Shown here piece by piece: positions 1 to 7,287 of a DNA stretch of 17,479 nucleotides. The stretch is from Promethearchaeia archaeon (GTDB lineage: Archaea; Asgardarchaeota; Lokiarchaeia; Sigyniarchaeales; SOKP01): assembly GCA_029856125.1 (NCBI GenBank), contig JAHQWJ010000130.1:1-17479 (forward strand), given 5' to 3'. A program made the position numbers and the translations under genes. Numbering within the stretch: the first letter of the stretch is position 1; every line of letters starts with the position of its first letter. A model generated the notes under the pieces. That model was given only the letters and a program-made list of their open reading frames with translations. It made no database searches and was not told the origin of the DNA.

Positions 1-221
1 CCTTTCACGCTCTCTTCTTCCATGTAGTGTGGTTTTTGTCTTCCCGAATAAAATAAGTTGTGAGTCATCACGTGTGCGCCTAAGTCTGCTCTCTCTTCTT
101 TGTCGGATTCTCTGGTGTACACGTTGTATTTTCCAGAGTATTTTTTCCCGTCCACGAATTCGATGGTAAAACATTGTTTGTGGTAAAAGTAATAGGATAA
201 GAATCTCGGACTTTGAAGGCA
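1..221 (-). other. Possible partial CDS running off the left edge of the window; frame uncertain
   Basis: Two minus-strand frames are open to position 1. One starts at ATG 221 (MPSKSEILILLLLPQTMFYHRIRGREK...). The other looks more protein-like (...FTIEFVDGKKYSGKYNVYTRESDKEERADLGAHVMTHNLFYSGRQKPHYMEEESVK) but has no clear start. GC is about 42% over 1-180 by hand count. Confidence 0.25.
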
Positions 222-235
222 TTTATGATCACGAC

Positions 236-814
236 TTGGGAAGAAAATTAATGGGATTAAGGTCAGGCAAACCTTTTACAAAAACTCTGAAAAAGGAACG
301 AAAAGAGAACAGAACATGGTCGTATTCTATTAAAGGAAACGATGAAGCTTCGAATTTCAATTGGGATTATATTAGGATAAAGAATAGTTTCCTTACACCT
401 AGAGAAAGGAAAAAATACTCTAAAAAAATCCCAGAAGATATGCAAAGGGTTTTAATAGAAAGGGCCTACAATGCATTAGTTACTTATGCACACGAAAAGA
501 AATCTCGTTTAGCGTTTATGGTTTTAGGCTGTTTTATAATGCTTTATAAAGGTAAGTTGACAGATAAACTAAAGCAGATAATTCTTAAATACTCTGTTTG
601 GGAATACGAAAAAGACCAGCTAAAAAAAAGGAAGGATCGCAAAGAAAGAAAGAGATTCTTGGAAGAATTTCGCGAAAGAATAAGAAAATATGACGAAACG
701 AAGGTAATAAAAGTTACCTTTTATAGCATTACTCAGATTGAGAACGAGAAAGCGGAAAAGGGGGATACAACACCTATCTGGCGCCAAAAAATCGATTATT
801 CAATAAAGAATTAA
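236..814 (+). CDS. Hypothetical protein, very Lys/Arg-rich and probably helical; start may be ATG 251
   Basis: 192-aa ORF with AT-rich codon usage, one short hydrophobic helix (AFMVLGCFIML) and a charged helix (KKRKDRKERKRFLEEFRERIRKY). No motif recognised. Confidence 0.75.
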   Translation: MGRKLMGLRSGKPFTKTLKKERKENRTWSYSIKGNDEASNFNWDYIRIKNSFLTPRERKKYSKKIPEDMQRVLIERAYNALVTYAHEKKSRLAFMVLGCFIMLYKGKLTDKLKQIILKYSVWEYEKDQLKKRKDRKERKRFLEEFRERIRKYDETKVIKVTFYSITQIENEKAEKGDTTPIWRQKIDYSIKN

Positions 815-885
815 CGAAATGATTCATTTAAAGAAAATATATAAAAATGAATAAAAAAATAAAATATAAATCAACTTCTTAAATC

Positions 886-1116
886 TTAAGCGACACTTTC
901 TACCCTAATAACGTCTGGAACAAATTGTTTGATAGCTCGTTCGATTCCAAACTTCAGCGTTTCTTGTGCATGCGCACAACCCGCGCAGTGGCCTTGGAGC
1001 CTCACTTTAACGATTCCGTCGTCTGAAATATCAACCAATTCAACGTCGCCACCATCCATCTGGAGTTGGGGGCGGATTTTTTCCAAAACTTCTTTTACTT
1101 TCTCTTTATCGACCAT
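886..1116 (-). CDS. Stand-alone NifU C-terminal (Nfu-type) Fe-S cluster carrier protein
   Basis: Canonical Nfu signature IRPQLQMDGGDVELV...VKVRLQGHCAGC...TLKFGIE with CxxC; 76 aa. Confidence 0.95.
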   Translation of the reverse strand: MVDKEKVKEVLEKIRPQLQMDGGDVELVDISDDGIVKVRLQGHCAGCAHAQETLKFGIERAIKQFVPDVIRVESVA

Positions 1117-1267
1117 CGAAAATCTTCTTTTATTTTTCCTTTAAAGTATTTTTTTAATCTTAATATAGTTAAATTGTTTAATGTATTTAAAGCCAAGCTC
1201 TTTAAAATATGAATACTAATACATATTGGCTAATTCTTAACGATGTTTTTAAGAAAATATACTTCAA

Positions 1268-1293
1268 AATAAATGATGAGTTCACCATTTATT
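1268..1293. promoter_or_regulatory. 26-bp near-perfect inverted repeat in a divergent intergenic region; candidate operator
   Basis: AATAAATGATGA-GT-TCACCATTTATT: 11 of 12 arm positions are complementary. It lies between the divergent Nfu and PCI-like genes. Confidence 0.4.
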
Positions 1294-1372
1294 AAAATTA
1301 ACCTAAAAACTCTTATTTCGACGATCGTTAGATGATCTCAAGGGAAAAGTAATTTGAAAGGTGTATAATAAA

Positions 1373-1750
1373 ATGGAAGCTAATGATTTCGTAAAAGAAT
1401 TAAACGACGCTCAGGAATTAATGAGGAATGAAAGGTATCCAGAGGCTCTAATTATATTAGGTAGATTGAAAGAAGCTGATAAAGCGGGAAATTTTGACTA
1501 TAACCTTACTCATAAATTATATCAACTAATTTCAAATTCTCAGTCGCTTTACAATCAACAAAGGGTTTTGAGCGTTGTTAAGAAAGTTTCTCATAAACAA
1601 AAGTCGATATCCTTTATTGATTTAAAAGAATTGTTGAATAATCAAGAAAATGTAGAGTTAGACGAGCTAATTTTAAGAAGAGAAGTTGAAATCCTTATTC
1701 TAAGATCATTATTAGAATGCAAGATTGAAGGAAACGACTTAGTTTTTTGA
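1373..1750 (+). CDS. Small protein with a helical-hairpin (TPR-like) N-terminus and a PCI-like winged-helix C-terminus
   Basis: N-terminus LNDAQELMRNERYPEALIILGRL is TPR-like. C-terminus ISFIDLKELL...EVEILILRSLLECKIEGNDLVF resembles the PCI winged-helix consensus. SD-like AGGTG at 1359-1363 favours ATG 1373 over GTG 1361. Confidence 0.6.
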   Translation: MEANDFVKELNDAQELMRNERYPEALIILGRLKEADKAGNFDYNLTHKLYQLISNSQSLYNQQRVLSVVKKVSHKQKSISFIDLKELLNNQENVELDELILRREVEILILRSLLECKIEGNDLVF

Positions 1751-1772
1751 GTTGTATTTTTTAATTTTTTTT
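1751..1772 (+). terminator. Oligo-T tract, candidate archaeal terminator
   Basis: GTTGTATTTTTTAATTTTTTTT directly after the TGA stop. Confidence 0.4.
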
Positions 1773-1868
1773 AAAGATAATAAAGCGTTATTAAGCGAAC
1801 CATCTAAAAAAATCGGCTTTTTTAAACTTATTTTAATATCTACATAAAAGCAAGAACGTAATTTTAAT

Positions 1869-2462
1869 ATGATAATAGATCAACTAACTCGGAGTATACA
1901 GCTAAAAATATGTTACTTTGGGCCGGCGCTTTCGGGGAAAACCACATCTATAAAAGCATTGTTCAATCATTTTGGGAAGAAAGATAGCGTTTTGAGCATA
2001 GAAAGTAGCGTAAGAAGGACGCTATTCTTCGATTATGGAACGATTAGTTTTCAAAATCAACAGTGGAATTTGAAAATTCACATTTATTCCACGACTGGAC
2101 AGGATTTCTACATTATAACAAGACCGGCAACTTTGCAAGGCATCGATGGGATTGTATTCGTAGCGGATTCGCAAGAGGAAGTGTATCACCGAAACTTAAC
2201 TTCTTGGAATGAGTTGTGTAATTATTTTGAGGATATAATTATTACACTTCCTAAGGTTATAACATTTAATAAACAAGATTTGCCAGATAAATTTAGCCCC
2301 GCTATATTTTTGGAAAACATTAATTACTTTAAATTTAAAAACATCGATTTTAAAAAGACTATTGCCGTGAATGGAGAAGGAATATTAGACAGCTTTGAGG
2401 AAATTTTGAGCTTAGTATTTAAAAATATATATAAGGGGCAGTTAATATCTGCGCTTCAGTGA
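1869..2462 (+). CDS. MglA-family small GTPase (Ras superfamily)
   Basis: G1 KICYFGPALSGKTT; G2 RRTLFFDY (MglA RTLFFD with intrinsic Arg finger); G3 STTGQ (MglA TVPGQ); GIDGIVFVADSQ; G4 NKQD; G5 region IAVNGEGI. Confidence 0.92.
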   Translation: MIIDQLTRSIQLKICYFGPALSGKTTSIKALFNHFGKKDSVLSIESSVRRTLFFDYGTISFQNQQWNLKIHIYSTTGQDFYIITRPATLQGIDGIVFVADSQEEVYHRNLTSWNELCNYFEDIIITLPKVITFNKQDLPDKFSPAIFLENINYFKFKNIDFKKTIAVNGEGILDSFEEILSLVFKNIYKGQLISALQ

Positions 2463-2479
2463 CCAAACCCTAATTTAAC

Positions 2480-3688
2480 TTAAAAAAAGTTAGAAGCTAA
2501 GGGAGTTTGTATTCTTATAACCCTCTGATCGTTATTTTCCAAAATGCAAATTAAGGCTGAGATATTCTGTTTGCTATTATAAACAATTTCCTTTTCCTCA
2601 TTAGGTTCCCAGCTACTAAAGCCTGTCAGAGTGGGTTCTGTTTCGAATAAACCCTCTTGAAGTCCAGAAGTTTTTACTGATACGCCCTTTAAAGAATCTT
2701 TTGATATATTTTTAATTCGAATACTATATTTTTCCATATCAGAGTCAATGGAAGTAATTTTGAATACTTTCTGGAATTTAGACGAGACCCCGTCGAAAAT
2801 CGAAGGTGCTGCAGTAGCATTCTTAGAAAAAAGATCGACACCAACCTCATTTCCACTCACAGTTTTTGCAACAATCGTAATTGGAACCTTAAACTTAATG
2901 ATCTCTTTCCCGTATTCTGGCTTAGGTTTTCCTATAAATTGCAAAGACCACTTTACATAAGACCCATATTTCATGCCCCAAAATTCTTTTTCGTGAGGTT
3001 CCCAGAGGTAGTTATGACTCGGTTGAGCGATTTCAGGAATTTTTAGCAATAGAAAATCTTTAGTCATATCAGAAGTCTTAGAATCTCCCGCGATCGCAGG
3101 CGGTAGCTCTTCTACTTTACTACATGTTTGCCCATAAGCATCACAATAACATACTAAATTTGCTTTTTGTAATAATCTTATTTCAACGTGTCTAAGTTCG
3201 TTTGAAGAGAAGTTGATTTTAACTGTTTCTCCCGGTTTGAATACATCCTTTGATACATTAACACTCAAACCTGAAATTGAAAGCGAAAGAGGATTTGTTT
3301 TTATAATCTGATTATCAGAATCTTTTGCTCTGATTTCAACCTTATGCGTTCTATTAATCACTAAATCGTCGTCCGGATTGTTCGGATGAGGCTGTCTTAA
3401 AATAAGCTTAATTTCATACTCTAAATTTCTATTTTTGATTGTAGGGATTACATTTTTCTTTATTAGAAATGCCCTTTCTCGAATGTATTCACCTTTTTCA
3501 AAAATTCCCTTTGAAAAAATCTCTTCTTTGGTGATCTGAAGCTCTTTTAAGCATGGAGGGTGCGTTAATAGGCGAATTCCCGACCATAGGATTGCGGTAT
3601 CCTCGTCAAAATTGAATACCGTTCGAACATTTAGCTTATCTCCTAAGTAAGCGTATCCATCATTTTGATCGTTAAGCTCAAGTTTCAT
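2480..3688 (-). CDS. Arrestin/Vps26/SpoOM-fold protein with an extra C-terminal Ig-like beta domain
   Basis: Two repeats of the arrestin beta-sandwich pattern: N (YLGDKLNV...EKGEYIRERAFLIKKNVIPT...LEYEIKLIL) and C (LSVNVSKDVFKPGETVKINF...VEIRLLQ...LKIPEIAQPS...VKWSLQF...FKVPITIV). The tail has IKNISKDSLKGVSV...WEPNEEK (Ig/CARDB-like). Confidence 0.7.
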   Translation of the reverse strand: MKLELNDQNDGYAYLGDKLNVRTVFNFDEDTAILWSGIRLLTHPPCLKELQITKEEIFSKGIFEKGEYIRERAFLIKKNVIPTIKNRNLEYEIKLILRQPHPNNPDDDLVINRTHKVEIRAKDSDNQIIKTNPLSLSISGLSVNVSKDVFKPGETVKINFSSNELRHVEIRLLQKANLVCYCDAYGQTCSKVEELPPAIAGDSKTSDMTKDFLLLKIPEIAQPSHNYLWEPHEKEFWGMKYGSYVKWSLQFIGKPKPEYGKEIIKFKVPITIVAKTVSGNEVGVDLFSKNATAAPSIFDGVSSKFQKVFKITSIDSDMEKYSIRIKNISKDSLKGVSVKTSGLQEGLFETEPTLTGFSSWEPNEEKEIVYNSKQNISALICILENNDQRVIRIQTPLASNFF

Positions 3689-3730
3689 ATTCTATAGCGT
3701 CCCAGAGGAATTATTGAAATTTATTATAGT

Positions 3731-3738
3731 TATATAAA
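3731..3738 (-). promoter_or_regulatory. Candidate TATA box for the arrestin-like gene
   Basis: TTTATATA on the minus strand, about 43 nt upstream of ATG 3688. The AT-rich context weakens the call. Confidence 0.3.
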
Positions 3739-3954
3739 TTGAAGAATTCTATTAATATTTTTTATTCCTTCTAATTTACACTTTTCTATTTTTTATATTA
3801 TTAAATTTTATGTGTTGCTATCAAATTAAATGTATTTAATTGATAACTCAATTTATTTTAAATTGAATTGAGATAAAGAAGGATAATGACAAATTATAAT
3901 TGGGAATAAAATTTAGATTTAATATAACTTTATTAATTTAATTCGCTTGCTATT

Positions 3955-4665
3955 ATGGGACAACTCAGAGCAAACAAAATCAGAGCTATTCTTTTTGATC
4001 TGGACGGTACGTTAATAAATGTAGATTTAAATCAATTTATTCCTAGTTATTTAAAGTTATTGGCTAATAGCGTTGCTCACTTAGTTCCACCTAAAAAATT
4101 CGTTTCAGCTCTTTTAAAAGCGTCAGAATCAGTAAACGCTAATGATGGACTAATATCAAATGAGGACGTATTTGCTAGGGCTTTTTTTCCAATTGAAGGA
4201 TATTCAAAAGAGGATATTGACCCATATTTCGAAAAATTTTACGATAACAAATTTAAAGAATTACAGAAATTTACATCGAGGAAGCCTGTGGCTCGAGAAG
4301 TAGTTCAAAAGGCTTTTGACAACGATTTTAAAGTAATAATTGCAACTACGCCCGTGTTACCCATGACAGCTATAATGCAACGCCTTGAATGGGGGGGAGT
4401 TGGCGATTTTTCTTACAGTTTAGTTACTAGCATCGAGAATTCCTACGCAACAAAACCTAATCTTCTTTATTATCAGTTGATCTTTAAGTATCTCAAACTC
4501 TCTCCAAATGAATGTTTAATGGTTGGCGACGAAGACAAAGATATGATATGCGCCAAACTAGGTTCACAAACTTATTTGGTGCCTAGTCCTAATACAGATG
4601 TCAACACTGAGACTCCTAAACCAACTTATACCGGTGAGTTGAAGGATCTCTTAGAATTAATTTAA
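3955..4665 (+). CDS. HAD-superfamily hydrolase (phosphatase-like)
   Basis: Motif I ILFDLDGTL; motif II IATT; motif III KP; motif IV MVGDEDKD. Confidence 0.93.
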   Translation: MGQLRANKIRAILFDLDGTLINVDLNQFIPSYLKLLANSVAHLVPPKKFVSALLKASESVNANDGLISNEDVFARAFFPIEGYSKEDIDPYFEKFYDNKFKELQKFTSRKPVAREVVQKAFDNDFKVIIATTPVLPMTAIMQRLEWGGVGDFSYSLVTSIENSYATKPNLLYYQLIFKYLKLSPNECLMVGDEDKDMICAKLGSQTYLVPSPNTDVNTETPKPTYTGELKDLLELI

Positions 4666-4683
4666 CAATTTTCCGAATAAAAA

Positions 4684-5637
4684 GTGATGGTTAAAGTGAA
4701 TAATCTAAGGAATGGTAATCTTAACCGAAACAATCTTGTTTATCGACAATTATCCTCGAAAAATATCCAAGAAGTTTATGATTTGTTCGAGGGAAATTCG
4801 GCTTTTTTTTCTTTACCATTTGATTATTTTAAAAAAGGGACTTTAGATGATGATGGAATAGATTTCGATCTTTCTCTCATATTATATGAGATTGAAAAGG
4901 ATAAACCAATTGCAGGTTTACTAATTGCTATAAGGAAAATTTCTGAAGAAAAAAAAGGTTTTATTAAAGCTTTCGTTGTGGATAAGAATTATAGGCGACA
5001 AGGAATTGGGACTTTAATATTTGATGAATTATTAAAGCGAGCAAAGGGAAAAGGCTTAAACCAAATAATCTATGGACCTGCTGTCCCAAACTATTGGCAG
5101 CCAGGCGTTGATATACGAAATACAAGTTTATACTTCTTTTTAAAAAAATATAGGTTTAAATCACATAGAGCCATATTCAATCTCACAGTTTCTTTGGATC
5201 TCATTAAAAATAAACCCCCATTGAAAAAAGAAGGATACAAATATGAACGCGTTCAACCTGAAGATTTTGATATGCTTTATGATTTTGTGAAGCAACAGTT
5301 CCCTAATAATACATGGGCTGCTGAAGTCAAATTCTCATTTAACTTCAATCCTCCCACGACTTTTATTGCCAAAGATACAAACAATAATATGGTTGGATGG
5401 GCTACACATAGCCAATTTTATCCCGGATCGTTTGGTCCTACAGGAGTTAAAGAATCATTGCGTGGAAAGGGAATAGGAACTATTCTTTTTTTATGGTGTC
5501 TTTGGGATATTAAACAAAAAGGGTTACATACAAGCGAAATTATGTGGGTAGATGGTAATACTATTAAATTTTACTCGAAAGTAAGTGGAGCATATATTTC
5601 CCCTATTTTCTATCCTATGTATAAAAAAATCAGATAG
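4684..5637 (+). CDS. Tandem GNAT-family N-acetyltransferase
   Basis: Two acetyl-CoA-binding motif A copies: VDKNYRRQGIGT and VKESLRGKGIGT. It starts 18 nt after the HAD gene, so co-transcription is likely. Confidence 0.9.
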   Translation: MMVKVNNLRNGNLNRNNLVYRQLSSKNIQEVYDLFEGNSAFFSLPFDYFKKGTLDDDGIDFDLSLILYEIEKDKPIAGLLIAIRKISEEKKGFIKAFVVDKNYRRQGIGTLIFDELLKRAKGKGLNQIIYGPAVPNYWQPGVDIRNTSLYFFLKKYRFKSHRAIFNLTVSLDLIKNKPPLKKEGYKYERVQPEDFDMLYDFVKQQFPNNTWAAEVKFSFNFNPPTTFIAKDTNNNMVGWATHSQFYPGSFGPTGVKESLRGKGIGTILFLWCLWDIKQKGLHTSEIMWVDGNTIKFYSKVSGAYISPIFYPMYKKIR

Positions 5638-5659
5638 ACTCTATTTCAAATTACTATTA

Positions 5660-7159
5660 TCAAGTTCTTCTAATAGTCTCCCATTTCATAGGATATTTTA
5701 AATATTGCTCTAATTGACTTAAAATTCTGATTGTGTTAGTCATGTATCCGTAGAATAATTTATAAGCGATTATATAAATCAAAATTTTTGGCTTTTCCCT
5801 TACATCCACATATACCGCATACATACTCATAGTTACTTCAATTATCAGAAAGAAAGAAAACCAGAAAAAATAAATTTGTATATATATTAGAAATCCCGAA
5901 AATGGATTAAATATAAGTAAAAAAGTCCATATACTTGCAAAAAAGTTAAACCAAGAAAAAATTAATCCATTCAAAGATATCCAAGGAATTATAAACAATC
6001 CTGTAGTTCCATATTTTGGATTAAAAACCATGCCTTTATGTTTAATTATTACTTGTAATAATCCTCTATACCAACGATATCTTTGTTTAGCTAAATCAAA
6101 AAAAAATGTTGGAGCTTCTGTATATCCAATTGATTTAGGTTCGTATTTTATTTTATATCCTGCTTTTAATATTTTTAAAGTTAAGTCTGCATCTTCTGCA
6201 AATGTATCTCCAGTATAGAAACCCACTTCTTTAATTATAGATTTTCTAAAAGCTCCTAAAGGACCTGGAACTACTGTAATTTTTCGAAAAAATGCCTCGC
6301 TTCTTCTTTGAATATTCAATTGAGAAATATATTCCAAAGCTTGTAATTTTGTAAGTAACTTATCTCGATTTCTAACTTTTATATTCCCTGCTACTGCTCC
6401 AACTTTACTATCAATGAAATGATTTACTAATGGCTGTATTGCGTTCTTATCCAATACTGTATCAGCATCTATACATACCATTATATCCGATATAGATGAT
6501 TCTATCCCTTCATTTAGTGCACACCACTTTCCCCCATTCTTTCTTTTTGAAATGACCCTAATTGGGTTATCAGTTTCCATCCATTTTGCAATTTTTAAAG
6601 TATTATCCGTTGAGCCATCATCTACAACGATAATCTCTTTTTTACTATAACGCAGTTCTAAAACTGATCTTATTGTTTTTTCAATCACTTTACCCTCATT
6701 ATAGGCTGGTATAATTATTGAAACTGAGGGTGTTGTCCCAAACTCCTTAATACTCGTACGAAACAAGAGTGAAGTAGATAAATTAATAAAAATTCTAAAA
6801 CCAAAAATTACTGATAGTGCAATAAATAATATAGAAGTTAATTGATATAATAATTCTTTAGCGAATAGAGATAATATTAACTGAATGATTCCTAAAATTG
6901 TAATTATCGTGAGAATTATTTTGACAGAAGAAAATGTCTTCTTTTTGATTGGTGATGAAAACCTTATTCTCACCTTTGCATACCAAAATAATGTAATAAT
7001 AACGGTTAAAACACCAATGATAGCAGAGATATAGGTGATCCAATAAGCCAATGGATAAATATAAAGAAAATTGATAAAATGAGTCATAAGTTCACTTGTG
7101 AAAAAGATTAGTGAAATTATAATAAGAAATATAACCACAATACTTTTCTTAAATGTCAT
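5660..7159 (-). CDS. Processive GT2 membrane glycosyltransferase (PgaC/IcaA, cellulose-synthase-like superfamily)
   Basis: IIIPAYNE, VVDDGS, GGK..ALN, CIDADT, AEDAD and QRYRW give the full D,D,D,QxxRW set. About 4 N-terminal and 3-4 C-terminal TM helices. Confidence 0.92.
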   Translation of the reverse strand: MTFKKSIVVIFLIIISLIFFTSELMTHFINFLYIYPLAYWITYISAIIGVLTVIITLFWYAKVRIRFSSPIKKKTFSSVKIILTIITILGIIQLILSLFAKELLYQLTSILFIALSVIFGFRIFINLSTSLLFRTSIKEFGTTPSVSIIIPAYNEGKVIEKTIRSVLELRYSKKEIIVVDDGSTDNTLKIAKWMETDNPIRVISKRKNGGKWCALNEGIESSISDIMVCIDADTVLDKNAIQPLVNHFIDSKVGAVAGNIKVRNRDKLLTKLQALEYISQLNIQRRSEAFFRKITVVPGPLGAFRKSIIKEVGFYTGDTFAEDADLTLKILKAGYKIKYEPKSIGYTEAPTFFFDLAKQRYRWYRGLLQVIIKHKGMVFNPKYGTTGLFIIPWISLNGLIFSWFNFFASIWTFLLIFNPFSGFLIYIQIYFFWFSFFLIIEVTMSMYAVYVDVREKPKILIYIIAYKLFYGYMTNTIRILSQLEQYLKYPMKWETIRRT

Positions 7160-7287
7160 CTCATTTTAGCTCATATATATTAAGTTATCTTAAGATTAAC
7201 TCTTTTTAAGTATTAAGGTATAAATTTCTCCAATTAGTATCTAAATTTTATGTCTAAAATATAGATAATGCAATTTTCTTTTACTTA

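Noticed and set aside
1-235. DGR template repeat or CRISPR remnant (CTCTCTTCTT occurs twice)
   Set aside because: Only a 10-bp low-complexity match; no regular spacing, no matching variable repeat, and no reverse transcriptase or cas gene in the window.
1273-1345. Box C/D sRNA (ATGATGA box C present)
   Set aside because: No CTGA box D at a suitable distance; the motif is better explained as part of the palindrome.
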